Part shown: positions 51,254 to 64,000 of the stretch, in pieces
Layout: the number at the start of each line of letters is the position of its first letter
How positions within the stretch are numbered: the stretch's first letter is position 1
DNA from: Carcharhinus longimanus
Taxonomy: Eukaryota
Assembly (NCBI GenBank): GCA_030264375.1
Contig: JASCQW010000027.1
Location: 82,750,173-82,814,172, forward strand
Length of the DNA stretch: 64,000 nucleotides
Reading direction: 5' to 3'
The notes under the pieces: generated by a model
Told to the model about the DNA's origin: nothing
The model's database searches: none
What the model saw: only the letters and a program-made list of their open reading frames with translations
Program-made: the position numbers and the translations under genes

Positions 51254-52913
51254 AATAAAACTGCAAATCTTCTGCTCAATTTGTTGTTCTATGCTAAACC
51301 GCCCTACCACATACTTGCTGCCTATTCCACTGCCCTGATTGGAATAATAACAGCTTGCAATTAAAAAACGTTTTTAATATAAATCATCTTAAGGTGGTTT
51401 ATGGAAATAAGCTGACTTCCTGAGCTTTTTTTTTTATTTAACTAATGGGTAGTAGGGTGATCGCATATCATGATTTGGCCTTAGTCCTAGTCACTGCTTT
51501 TCTGGTCAGCACATGTGCTCAACTTGTCATTGTGTCTCAGTATCACGCCCATATATCATGCAGTCCTGGCCATATATCTGAGTCAGACAACCAGCAGATA
51601 GATCCTATTTTGGATACTAATTTGAGCTTCTGGTTACAATATCTGCCCATAGTGATCAGTATAGACCAGTGATCCCAGAATTCAGTGCCTCCTGCATATT
51701 TACATCAAAAAGTCTCTGCACATTTGCTTCCAGACCTCACTCACCCCAAAACTCAAATCCTTCTCTTCCGTTAATGTCCCCTAATCCCTAGTAGTGCTCA
51801 CCAACCCTATACCCTCATTATACTCTCAGGCTACCAGTCTACCCATCTCCACCCTCCTAGATATGTCAAAGTTCCAATCTGCTCTGCTTTCCTTTTTCAG
51901 ATTCCAGCAACATTCCCTCTTGTCCACTCTCTTCGCAAAAAGCTTAGTATGCTACTGAACTGACATTTGGAGTACTGAATGAAAGGGATGCAGCAAAGAA
52001 ATCTTAAGAATAATCTGCCAGTTAAATTCCAAGTTTGCCTGTCTTGATGATTTAGGCAAATTAGACTGTCTATCCTTCAGTTTAGAATTAATTCCAGCTA
52101 ATTCACAGTTTCCATAATGGCAGAAATATGTTGTTTTACATAAATAAGTGAGTCTGAACTTTTTGTGCCATTAGTATACTATTGCAGTCGCATTGGTGTT
52201 AGCTGGGCTGACTGTTAGCCTAGTTTAATTGTATACTTCTATGTCAAACCTTCCTCATTGTATGGTAATTCTGATTTCTATGATGTATCTGGTTTATGAC
52301 TGAACAAAATAATAAGAAATCTGCTTCATTTTCAGCAGTATATTCACTACCTGCAATAGTCTAATAATTCAAGACTTTTATAAGCCCAAAATCCAGATTT
52401 CTGTCCCATGCAATCTCTTTGTTTAGTTGAATGTCCTTCAGTTCTGAAACAATAATGGGAAGGAGCAGAGGAGGAAAATGTCCATGGATTGAGCCTAACA
52501 GCACATTTAAATTGAGCTTCCATTGGTTTATAAGAAGTTTAGTTTATGGCAAACACTGAGAAGATTGCAGCCGGACTAAAGGGTAGTTTGGTGATTAATA
52601 GTACCTTGAAGGACATGTTGTAATAGTCTAAATGAAAGGAAAGAAGACTTTTACTTGTAAAACAATGGCGAATGGATTAGAAGAAATTATAGATTCAGAC
52701 GTCTGATCACTGAAATTATTTTGTAAAATACAACTTTCTTAGGTGTAAGCAGGTTACAAAGAAAATACTACAAGAGATTGATTGGTTGAGCTCAAAGGGA
52801 AAGTGACAATAAATAGTCTATAGAAAGGACGGACTAATTGGAACTTGTTTGATTGAAAGGTTCGAATTGAATTCAATAACTTGACTACAAGGGATACAAA
52901 ACCACAGATTAAC

Positions 52914-53030
52914 CATAGAATAGAACCCTACAGTGTAGAAAGAGGCCCTTCGGCCCATCAAGTCTGCACCGAACACAATTCCACCTAGGCCCTACCCCCA
53001 TATCCCCACATATTAAACCCACTAATCCCT
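52914..53030 (-). mobile_element. 5'-truncated HE1-like SINE tail
   Basis: catagaatagaaccctacagtgtagaaagaggcccttcggcccatc is the reverse complement of the SINE/CR1 tail. Confidence 0.7.
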
Positions 53031-53160
53031 CTTAGAGTAAAATCCGTTTTACTCTAAGTGAGATTAGATCTCACATAGAGTAAAATTATGACTTCCTATC
53101 AATTATATAGACTTTAGACTTTTTTCCTTGATTTATGGCATGGTGGAAGTGACACAGTGG

Positions 53161-53497
53161 GGGTGGCATGGTGGTACACTGGTTAGCACTGCTGCCTCAC
53201 AGTGCTAGGGACTGGGTTCGATTCCAGCCTTAAGTGACTATCTGTGTGGAATTTGCACAATCCCCCATGTCAGCGTGGGTTTCTTCCCACAATCCAAAGA
53301 TGTGTAGGTTAGGTGGATTGGACATGCTACATTTGCCCTTATTGCCCCGAGTTGTGAAGGTTAGGGGGATTTGCAAGGTAAATGCGTGGAGTCACAGGGA
53401 TAGGGTAGGGGGTGTTGCTGGGAAAGATGTTCTGTTGGACATTCGAGGGTGGCTTGATGGACTGAATGGCCTCCTTCTGTAGGGATTCTATGATCCT
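53161..53497 (+). mobile_element. HE1/V-SINE-like SINE
   Basis: Head, V domain and gtagggattctatga tail. Confidence 0.85.
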
Positions 53498-55843
53498 ATT
53501 TCCAGGAACTTAACATTCCAGATAGATTACTCGGTGAAACTTAAGAAGCTGGAAAACACTTAATCGATGAAAGGTATAATTTCTCTTTAAAAATATGACA
53601 TTATTAAAAATGTTTCTCTAGCAAAAGAATAAAGCTGAACTTTTCACAAAACATATTCCACTCAATTTAAACTTTCCCAGGCTGATGGAGCTGGGTTCAC
53701 GGGTGAATGGGGTGGGAAATGCCTGGAAATTATATTGGGTCAGGATCCCAATGTAATCCTGCTACTTGCTGGCTATCATCAGGGTGGATTGAGGAAGAGC
53801 AAGGGAACCCCATAGATCTTAATGGTTAAGTAATTTGGAAGTTGTTGAGAAACCACTTAAGAGTTCATTTAGAACTGAATCCTGAATTTCCGGCCACTGA
53901 AGTTGTTTTCTGATCAGTCTGTATATCACCAGGGTTAACAATGCAAGTGCACAACAGGAAGAGCTTCTTCACTGAAACTACCAAATTTGGAAAGCTTTGA
54001 TCAATTACACTGAAGAGCTCCAACCATGGCCATTGAGAGGTTATTGCTCACTGCACCTCTGCTCTCGAAAAATGCTTTCACTGTTTGACAAGTGATTAGA
54101 AGGCACTTCACCTGTCTAGAACTTCACTCACCTTAAATTCTACTTCCTGCTGCAAACCTTCACCATGACAAACAGCTTATGCAACTCCACCTTGCACTTG
54201 TGCTAAGGCAGTATCTCACCACTGCCAGCAACTCCAGCAGCAGCAGGAGAGGTATGAGTGTTTGTAATAGCTTGTGGGGAGAGGAGAGAAGGGCACCATT
54301 TTGTAAAGGATGACTGTGAGCATGGATGCAAGAGCGCAATTGGACGACTATGAGTGTTGGCTGCTCAGACAGGGATATGAAGTGTCTGCACCTAGAGAGG
54401 AACGAGTGGAGCTGCAAAGTGTGTTATTTTGAAGTGTGTTATGCAGGAGAATGCAGGACAAGTAAGAGCGTCAGGATTGGCACTGGAAAATGTCATGCCA
54501 TTAATTTGTCATATCCTGCTGAGGGCCTGGATCGTCTCGATGCAATGTCTCCAGGCTGGAGGGAGCAAACGCCTGCTGCTTAATTCCTCGGTTACTTCCA
54601 TCAATGTTTGCTTGCTTGGAGAAGTTGTCCTGCTCCTCACTTCATTAGGCAGCTTACTTCACTGCAAACCCTCAAATCCCACAGCAGGGACTCCAGGCAA
54701 GAGTGAGGCTCAGGGAGTCTCAGGACTCCTCTCCTTTCTCGTGGTTACTACTGCCTCAAAAATTCAAGTGCTGAAATATCCTAATGATCCATGCCAAGAA
54801 TACCTTAGTTAGAATTCTGATAGGGTGATTTCAACACCCTGACTGCCCTTCATCCCTAATTGGTAGAGAGGACTGAGGCAGGCTCTTAATTGGTTTGCAG
54901 TGGTACAGAGCACTCACAGATATACACATTGAGGAGGTGGGTTCCAAACAGGAAGATGGTTCCACTGTTGTGCCAGGCACCAAGATGGTTTGATTCTGCC
55001 CTCAGATTCAGCCCTCCCCTCAGATCTTTGCTGGAAAGGATGTGATGGCATACAGCACCTGTAGCTTTGACCCTGAATCCATACATTTTGGGGAGAGATC
55101 TGGGTGCCACAGACTTGCAGAACAATTACTGTAAAGGCAAGCTGATGTGTCCTGCCCCACTATGAAGATAACTTACTCCTTTCACGACAAGCATGTTGAT
55201 TAAACTCCAACAGAGCAATAAAAATGGAAAGAATACCGAGCAGTTCTTGGAAAACAACACAATGGATTTTGCTTCACTACCTGGACAACAGAGTTCTGCA
55301 GTGAGGGGCAGATGATGCTATCAGTGAGAACATACTAATCTCAGGTATATAAAATTAAACTTAAAGAGGTAGAAAAAGCCTTATCAGTTGTGCTGCTCTA
55401 TTTCATGTCCCACCCAAATCTGAATTATGTTAAATTGCTGTTCAAAGATAGGGAGAAAGAACTGACATTTATACAGTGCCGATCACAAACTCAAGGCAAA
55501 TTCACACTCCTGTGAATATATTGTTGAGTATGTACATCGGTGCTGCTCAGTGTGAAAAGGCACAGATTCTAATGTTTAAACAATTATGCTAATATTATAA
55601 AAGCTGGCATGTTAAGCTCATCTACAATATGGAGAGTGATTTTCTGGTGTTCTGTTGCATGTGGGAAACGTTGATTATCAGTAGATCATATTAGAAATTT
55701 GGCACATGTTGGCACAATTTACATACCATTTACGTTTATTTGGTCATTAAATTGTGCCCTGCGCCTGACCACATTTTTGATATGTGGCACCCACCAACAG
55801 CTGCTGAAACTCTTCACTGGTAGCATGAAGTTGAAACATTACT

Positions 55844-55845
<2 letters not shown>

Positions 55846-55880
<35 letters not shown>
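55846..55880. repeat. (TG)n microsatellite
   Basis: About 17 perfect TG units. Confidence 0.95.
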
Positions 55881-55881
<1 letters not shown>

Positions 55882-56417
55882 GTATTGATTTTAAAAAAAA
55901 CTTAGTAACTGATATATTTGAGAGTATATTGATTTGACAGTTTTTGTTCAGCCCATGACAACATATAATGTTCTGTTTAATATACTTTCATAAACAGGGT
56001 GGTTATTTAACATGGGTTATGAGTATAGATTTATAAATGTAATTTAACAAATGTAAATGTAATTTAACAAACCTGAAGCAATAGGGACTTGTTAAACAAG
56101 GTACATAACTTAGCAACAAGGCTGATGTCAAGTGTGAAAGGGGTAACCTATAAGAAATGTAAGCTTTATAACTTTAGATAGAAGGTGATGAAGACATAAA
56201 TGGTATAGGTCAGATAATTAGAGATTATGAGAAGAATTCGCTCATTCCATCTTCAAAAAGTCAGAAACCCACTGGTGTAAAAACACATTGGCCTGAATTT
56301 TTTGCCCATTAGGGGCACATACTCTGTGGGCCTGGAAATGAGCACGTAATGTGCTTCTAGTTGCGATTGGCCCACCTTGCCAGTTCACCTCTGATCCCAT
56401 GTGACCTCACCTTCTGC

Positions 56418-56880
56418 ACTAGTCTGCCATGAGGGACCTTGTCAAAAGTTTGTGGACTGTACCCTTGGAATTGCCATGAATCCTACATCCTCAGTCATTC
56501 CCAGCTGCCTGGGATTTTCAGGGGGTCACAACATCTGCAGGGATGGTTGTTGGGGGGATAAGGGGCTAACCAATGAAACACTGGCTGAAGACTCCAGTGT
56601 GTTGCCCTCAGACTCTTGCTGAGAAGAGATACAAAGCTGCTCACAGTTCCACCTGTTCCCTTATAGAGCAGACCATGGGACTTCTGAAGATGCGATTCAG
56701 ATGCTTGGACCACTGAGGTTGCTCTCAGCAATACACACTGGAGAGGGTTTCCCACATATTTGCATTGTGCTGTGCATTCACTATCTGGCTAAACAAAGAG
56801 GTGAGGCCCTGCTAGAGGGCGAAGTGAGGGAGGAAGAGAGCTCATCGGATGATGAGGATGTGAAAGTTCAGCCACTCAAG
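56418..56880 (+). pseudogene. Harbinger DDE transposase (HARBI1-like) remnant
   Basis: PWNCHESYILSHS, GWLLGDKG and WLKTPVCCPQTLAEKRYKAAHSSTCSLIEQTMGLLKMRFRCLD, followed by an acidic tail. Contains frameshifts and an in-frame TGA at 56714. Confidence 0.85.
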
Positions 56881-57267
56881 GGGCTCACGAGGGAGACTAT
56901 GAGTGTGCTAACGCTATTGAGGAAGGAAGACATGCCTGTGAAACTTTAATAGCTGACAGCTTCCAGGAAGATTATAGTTAAATGAGGTCATCTGGATATA
57001 TTTCCCCTAACTCTCCAAGCCATTCTATATCATATGAAGGCATTGCTGAAACATTGCTAAGAAAACAAGTCCTGTCTTCACACTTGCACTTTCTGAGCTC
57101 ATGACTTGCTGGACAAGATCATAGTTCAGCGCTCCCTCTGTGAATTGCAAGTCCACTAAGGAATAAGAACGATGGAGACAAGATTTGATGCATTCAATGC
57201 CATCTAATGATGCAAACACAGCTAGGGCTCTCATCTTAAAGTGCATGTCTTGGGTTCAAACACTAAA

Positions 57268-57401
57268 GCCAGAATCTTACCATCATTCACGCCGGTGGAA
57301 TTTTCCCATCCCGCCACAGTGAGCGGAGATTTGTTGGCTGCCAAATTCTTTGATTTTGCTGCAGCACGATCATGGCATTAACAGCAGGAAAGATCGTGCC
57401 G
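57268..57401. mobile_element. Harbinger-like MITE nested in the larger element
   Basis: Termini gccagaatctt / aagatcgtgcc. The interior (ggagatttg..ggctgccaaattct) resembles 17017-17125. Confidence 0.45.
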
Positions 57402-60103
57402 TAACACTGAGTAGATCCAAGTGCCACTGCAGCATCATTGCTGATGAGCTACCCTCAACCATTGCTGGCCCTTGAATAATAAGACTTCAAAACTTTCCGA
57501 ACAGCACTTCTAATAAAGATTTAAACACATCTCCCTGATAACACAATGGTCCAGACGTTAGTTGCACTGAGGTTGACAGCACATGAATGTTCATCTTACA
57601 ATGGCACACTGTCATTTGANNNNNNNNNNNNNNNNNNNNNNNNNNNNNNNNNNNNNNNNAAATCACACTGGCTGGGTTTTAACCTGGACATTCACATACC
57701 CATCCAATGTATCTCAATTAGTGCAATTTACACCTGTGAACCAGAAGTGACATCAACATTTTTTAATCTTTCTAACTCTACCACTACATCTCGGTGCAGC
57801 ACGGACATTTGCAGCTGGGGGAGGGGGGTGAGGGGGGGGGCAGTGGGCCTGCTGACTATGACATCCTAAAGCCTGTAATGACTTGGCAGCCAACCTCTGA
57901 TGAGTCCCAGCCTGATAAGGATTTCTTGCTCAGGGATAGAAGCACCCTCAGCTGAAGTAGGTGCAAGCACAGGTAAAGGGAACTCTGAGTACACCTTTTA
58001 AAGTGCCCTGAGCGGAGGCCTCCGAAGTGCCCATTTGATGCCCATCCTCCCTACAAGTGCCCAATGGCCCCTCCCTGACTGCTGCAGGAGGTGGGGCACC
58101 TGAAGTGTTGTCAAAGTTCTTCATCCCCATGTTGCCTACATCCTGATGGAGCTCACCAGGGTATGTGGCCATTGAGTGCAGGGCTGAGCACAAAACTAGC
58201 AAGACCTGTTGGACCAAGATTTCCATGGTGTTTGCCAACTTTCTTACGGTGACTTTGGGGTACTCACATGTCAGAGCCATGATATCAGTAAAATGCAGGC
58301 AAACTCTTCCATCATTCACTCTGAGTGATTCTCGAACCTTCACCTGATGTTCAGCTGTGTGCTGTTGCATCTCCACCATTGAGCTGGCAGTCACTTACAG
58401 AGATGCATCATCTGACCAACATTGACTGACTTGCCCCATGCAACTTTCTGCATGCTGAATTCCTGGGATGTCACTGCCTCCAATTGCAACAGGGATTTGT
58501 CTATGAGGTATTCCATAGAAGGTACCCTGAGACTAATCCAGAGCTATGCCCCACCGAGGTGTGTGTCTCAGTGCTGGTGGAGGTTGCAGGTGAGTGCTGT
58601 GACAATTCTTAAACTATTTCAGTGTACATTTTACTCATTGTGTTGTCAGGATCTGTTGCAGTGATGGAGCTGAGGTCCTTATGAAGTAGTTGGGAGAGGT
58701 CAATCTCCACAGGAGCAGCCCCTGTCTTTCCCAGTAATGTCTCCTTGAATTTGATCAAGGTATCTCTGTCATCCCTCCTCCTATCTGGGCTCACTCTCGC
58801 AATGTTGTGCATAATTTGGCCTGTATGAAGATATAAGAAAGGCCTGTGATCAGGGAGATGGAGCAGAAGTTATGTTAACAGCCTCCCCAACCACAGTGCT
58901 GACATTGGGCTCTTCCTTGGAGCCATCCCATGGGTACAGGATATGTCGTGGTAGGAGGATGCTGCATTCTTCTTCAGGGAGGTAACGTTTTACTTCTGGC
59001 TTACAGACATCGAGGACAGTCTCCTGAGAAGAGGTGAGTGAGATGTTCGTGTTGGATTGATGGCACGGGCTCATTGGGCCGAAGGGCCTGTTTCCCGTGC
59101 CGGGTTGTTCTTTGTTCTTTAAACATGGCGCCTGGACCTTTAAACCCACCAGCTGACAACGGGCAGACGAATCAGCTCCCAACCCACTAGGTTCAGAGAC
59201 ATACTTGCTCGTTAAACTGTTCACACCATTCCGGCCAACGGAACGGCTCCACCAGAACTGCCCACCACTGCACTCAGACAACAAAATGGAGAATTCTACC
59301 CTATTACTTAAAAGTAAACCAAGAAAATGGGACCCAAGGACATAGATAGAAATATTTGAAAAACAAATTGGAACAGGAATGTGGGGGTGCAGGGACAATA
59401 TTGAATGAGCAATATCAGCTCCGGCAATCATTTCCAGACTCCAATTTCTTTCTAAGCAATCAGGAATTGACATTTAAACAAAAAAAAAGGAGAATGATTT
59501 CTTACTCTGCAATTGTGAACAAACAAAATCATATTCTTAGACATCCCATCATTCAGAGAGTTGTGTGTTACTATTATTTCACAAATTCCACCACATATAT
59601 GGCTGGATAGTTTATCAAATCTAACTGAAAGTGAGATCCTGGTGTAGTTTCTGTTCCCTCTCTCTTATGGAGGATCGACTTACTTTTCATTTGCTAAAAT
59701 TTCTGTTGGCCACTCTATATCATGTTGTGTTATGATAAAACTGAAATGATTTTAATAGTGACACCAGCATTAACCTCTTGGGTGTTGAATTTCCTCTTCA
59801 TCCTCCAACATAGCAACAAGTTATTGTACAACTTCAAAATATTACGCTTCCTGTAAATACCTACCATGATTTCTTAGACAGCTTTTGAATGCTCCATTGA
59901 ACAAGAACAACTGGGAAAAAGATCAGAGTGAAATGTTAGACTCAATACTCCTACCAATCAAAACACAATGTACTGTGAATTGTTTTACAAAGACCTCAGG
60001 TCGCCAGAAATCTCTGCTTTAGTGGCAAGAAGCTTCAGCCACACAATTTTCAATTTTTAGTGCACTGATATTTTCCACCTTACAAGTAACAAGTGAAGAA
60101 TAA

Positions 60104-60378
60104 GGCGGCACATTGGCACAGTTGTTAGCACTGCTGCCTCACAGTGCCAGGGAGCTGGGTTCGATTCCTGGCTTGGGCCACTGTCTGTGTTGAGTTTGCA
60201 CATTCTCCCTGTGTCTGCATGGTTTTCCTCCGGGAGCTCCACATTCTGAAAGATGTGCTGGTTAGGTGCATTGACCCAAACAGGCATCGGAGTGTGGCGA
60301 CTAGGGGAATTTCACAGTAACTTCATTACAGTGTTACTGTAAGTCTTACTTGTGACTAATAAATAAACTTTAACTTTT
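60104..60378 (+). mobile_element. V-SINE-like SINE with alternative 3' tail
   Basis: Same structure and tail as 27955-28216. Confidence 0.85.
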
Positions 60379-60524
60379 AAAAGTCCAGATCTAAAATATC
60401 ACCCATGGTGCATGCACACACTCTTAACAGTGATTAGATTGTACACTGTTTCGTGTGAGAGGTCACTAGTTCTCTCCAGTCATTTTAAGCTAAGTACATT
60501 CAATTTTCTCTTGCCAGAGAAAAG

Positions 60525-60810
60525 CAGGCAGGGGAAGCCTGTGGCTTTGTGAAGATTGCAGATTTCCTCTTGGTGCAGAGTGCCATTGACTGCACATACA
60601 TTACTTTGTGGGCACACATGTAAATTCTGAGAAGTGCCGTGAATGGAAGGAATTCAACTCCCTGCATGTGGGTGGTCATACTCAACATTATCACACAGAT
60701 CAATACCCAGTATCCTGGCAGCAGTCATGATGCCTTCATTCTGCAGCAGTCTTACATTTCAGTCACCATGACAAACCAGAGGGCAGCTCCTGGGCAAAAG
60801 GGGCTAGTTA
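60525..60810 (+). pseudogene. Second Harbinger DDE transposase remnant
   Basis: GFVKIADFLLVQSAIDCTYI (AGFPxVxGAIDCTH motif) and NTQYPGSSHDAFILQQS. Confidence 0.8.
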
Positions 60811-61669
60811 CTGACCATCTAGATTATAACTATAGTGTGTAACTCACACACAGGTAAAGATAATAAAAAGTAATTTTTACAATTATAAGGTTTATAACAT
60901 TACTATATTTTGGGACTGTAGTAAAATGAAATGGGCCATGTGACTTGCTCTGATGTCTGCCTGATAGCAAACCTATGGGTTTGAAAGTAGAGATTAAAAG
61001 AGGCCTTGGTTGTTTTACTAGGAAGAAGGTGCAATGTGTTTGTGCTTGGAAGCAATGGCAACAGTCTTGTGTGTTAATTGTGAAAAACTGCATCTCCAAA
61101 GTCCCAGAAAAACATTGAGATTGTCAGGTTGTGAACAGCTGAGTTTTAATTCCAACATAAAGAGTTGGAGTCTTAAGAGTGGCTAGCCTGGATACAAGGC
61201 TCATGTGATTCAAGATGCCATAGTGATTTACTTTCAGAGTGCAAGCCATTGTGCTATCTGTTAAAGGCTTTAATAAAATATTGCTGAATGTTAGTATGTT
61301 AGTGTCCGGGGGGGAGAGAACAGCTAAAGGCTGAACGTCTATTATTTGCCGTGTCAGAATGTCTGGATGTTCAAACTTGGACTGAAAACATCAAATTTGT
61401 GAGGAGTTAAATTGAAGCTGGAAAATTCACCTAGCTTTCTCTAGTGGAAGGATCTCCAGTAATATTCTCACGTTAAAGCACAGTTCTGGGATTAAAGGTT
61501 AATGACTGAGAAAGGAAACGAACAGAGTGAACCCTTGGGAGCTACAAATCAGTTTGGCCTAATTCTAGGAGAATTGAATAGCTACTTAAAGGACATTGTA
61601 ACATTACCTGACTGTGGGTTTTCTTAGTTATGTTAAAAGTTCTGCTATGTTGTTTAAAGTATAGGTTAC

Positions 61670-62010
61670 CAAGTTGGTGGAGAGAGCGAATGTTTGTGGC
61701 TGGGGTGTCAATCAAGCAGGTTGCTTTGACCTGGATGGTGTCAAGTTTCTTGAGTGTTGTTGTAGCTGCACTCATTCAAGCAAGTAGAGATTGTACTTCC
61801 ACACTCCTAATTTGGGCCTAGTAGATGGTGGACAGGCTTTGGGGAGTCAGGATGTGAGTTACTCACTGCAGGATTTCTAGCCTTTAACTTTCTTGTAGAT
61901 TGTATATGGCTAGTCCAGTTTAGTTTGTGGTCAAACGTAACTCCCTGGATATTGATAGTGGAAGATGCAGCAATGTTAATGTCATTGAATATCAAGGAGC
62001 AAGGACAGCA
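61670..62010 (-). mobile_element. CR1/L2-group LINE fragment
   Basis: Minus strand gives TINIQGVTFDHKLNWTSHI and TTLKKLDTIQVKATCLI. Homologous to 28705-29100. Confidence 0.75.
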
Positions 62011-63134
62011 GCAGGGAAAGTTAGAAGGGAAGGAAAGAATAAAACTGAGGGTCTGTGACAGGGTGAACATTTTAGACAAAAGTTGAGAATGCTGCCTCCT
62101 GGGAAGAACACTAAGTTTTGCTTTATAGAGAGTAGGACAGTGTTTTCCATAGACTGAACTCCCTCCAGCCTTTCTTTAAATTTGGAGAGTAGTGTACAGT
62201 AACAAGAATGATAATTGCAGCCTGAGGAGATTTGAGAAGTAAAGCCTTTGTGGCCGTGGCAGAACGCTTCCCAGCTGTGCATTTCACAGTCTAAGATAAA
62301 TAAAGCACAATGTGTTTATTTATTAGTCGGGGAACAAATCCTCAGCTATTCAAATAACTGGCGTCCTTTGGGTATTTAGACTTTCAGTGTGAGGCCTGCC
62401 ACAGATATGAATAATTACTTTTCATCTTACTGCACTGAGGCTGCAAAAAATCCCCCTTTGAACAAGAATTAAAATGAACATTTTATTGATAGTTTTTTAA
62501 AAAGTGAAATCTTTGCATCAGTGCAAGGATAATACAGGGAAAATGTTTTGTAGACAGGTTTTGCCCCAAAACTGGGAAGAATTAAATTTTCATTTAGCTT
62601 TGATTAAATTTAGCTGTCAAGAATAAGTGGTTAGTCTTAAAATCTATGAATTCTTTCCAACTAGTTCGTTTGACACAACTGCATTTTTAATTTTTGTTTT
62701 CAATGACATTTTGTTGCGAAAGAATGGTCATTCAATTTGATGCTTTTGCAATAATATAGATTGTTAAAATCCTATGGCAAAACAGTCTAGTCTGAAATGT
62801 TTTAATGTTTTTCAGTATTACCAGATGAAAAATTGGAACATTACTGTTGTGACTCCAAATACCAAGGGAATCAAATTTTTGGCAGATTTTCTTGTTGTTT
62901 TCCTAGCTCATATTGGTTTGGTTGGGTTCAGTAAGAAGAAAATTGAGAGGGAAGTTGCATGCTGATAATGTTACCCACCCAATTCTCCATTCATTAAATT
63001 AAGTGGACAGAAAATCAGATGGGCCCTGACAATTATAGCAATTCCTCCCCGCCCTGTTCCCACTGCCACCCAATTTCTCCCTATTTGTCATGTCCAAGAA
63101 ATCCAGATATTCAGGTGTAACAACAAGAGAATCT

Positions 63135-63378
63135 AGCCCATGCAATGGCTAATGCCCCCACCTCTGAACCATGAGCTCTGGGTTCAAGTCCCATTCCAGG
63201 ACTTGGTTTCCAAGGAAGGTGTATTCAAAATGGTTGGGTATCAACATGTAAATCCTTCAATCATAAAGCATTCTGGTCAGCCGCATCAAGGAAATAAAGT
63301 TAAAGGAAGCATTTACCTTAGCTACAATATGCATGTAAAAGTGTATGTATGTTACCACAGCAACTTGGACTCCTTGAG
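63135..63378 (+). mobile_element. Probable tRNA-derived SINE remnant
   Basis: B-box-like ctgggttcaagtccca preceded by a decayed A-box region. Confidence 0.35.
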
Positions 63379-64000
63379 GGCCGGGCAGCCAGTATTGCTC
63401 AGTTTGGTCCCAAAAGCACACTGCTTGAACTCTGTCCTGACTGGGGTGGATCTGGGACCTGCCTCCTTGTCCAGCTGTGCTGGAGGTTATGGCACTGTGG
63501 ATCGGAGCTATCTTCAGGCAGAGAACTGAAGAAGCTATAAGTATTAATTCTTTTTTCTAACCAATCTTAATATCAACATTTATGTTCTTTTCTGAAACAG
63601 ACAGAATAAGCAGGCTGTTTATTTCAGACACATGAAGGAAATGGAATGATGTAATGCAACCACACTATGCTTTGATCTCTGTGACTTTATTTCCGGTTAA
63701 ATCCAAAGTGTAAATTCCCCTTTTTCTAGGCTTGTTTCTAATCCCAGTCGCTGACATGTCTGACGCACACTCGCAACATATAAATCAGCCAAAACCGCCA
63801 GTATGGACAGCTTATTCCACTCACACATATTTTGTATGCACACCACCCGTCTGCCAAATAAAAGATAACGACATATGCAGCATAAAAGATGGAATTTAAG
63901 AGAGCCATTCTGAATAGGACATTGCCGTGGCATGTTTTAAAGTCTGTGTAATAGATATCTGCTGTTGTTCCAGAAAACAAATATCAGAGATTTATAACAT

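Larger units (their letters stand above)
56289..59301. mobile_element. Decayed PIF/Harbinger DNA transposon with convergent transposase and Myb/SANT ORF remnants
   Basis: DDE transposase remnant on + (56418-56880). Myb-protein-like HNxRExAQIGGG remnant on - (about 58773-58812). Candidate termini ggcctgaattttt / ggagaattctaccc. Boundaries are approximate and the element contains nested insertions. Confidence 0.65.

Noticed and set aside
56418-56949. Domesticated HARBI1 gene
   Set aside because: Frameshifts, in-frame stops and a missing N-terminus indicate a dead transposon.
57896-57925. CTGATGA as an additional hammerhead or C/D-box snoRNA (also at 20512, 26283, 31893 and 41776)
   Set aside because: No convincing stem II with GAAA and stem I, and no terminal stem with a D box.
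58850-59473. 207-aa minus-strand ORF, the longest in the track
   Set aside because: It crosses a Harbinger terminus and an inserted LINE tail and has no coherent domain.
38300-64000. SF3B6 or other genes that neighbour FKBP1B in mammals
   Set aside because: I could not find recognisable exons by eye. Absence is not proven without tblastn.

Overview
Vertebrate genomic DNA, almost certainly from a shark or other elasmobranch, judged from HE1/V-SINE-like SINEs, abundant CR1 LINEs, Deu-domain SINEs and Harbinger MITEs. It is a draft assembly with six N gaps. The window holds one complete protein-coding gene on the + strand, FKBP1B (FKBP12.6, 108 aa). Its four GT-AG coding exons are 4-40, 635-682, 35695-35807 and 36368-36496, with a 35-kb intron 2 and a probable extra intron in the 3' UTR. 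Most of the rest is intronic or intergenic DNA packed with decayed transposable elements (CR1, RTE, Rex1/Babar, L1/Tx1-like, Penelope-related short repeats, PIF/Harbinger and several SINE families). Most ORFs in the supplied track are spurious or TE-derived. I found no convincing wholly new biological system. The best leads are (i) dispersed Penelope-like repeats carrying minimal type I hammerhead-ribozyme motifs, all mutated here, (ii) a Q31/N32/W59 hybrid FKBP12.6 sequence and a putative 3'-UTR intron, (iii) a MITE containing an inverted copy of nearby DNA, and (iv) an unexplained exon-like segment at the right edge. TE family names and human comparisons come from recalled consensus motifs, not database searches.
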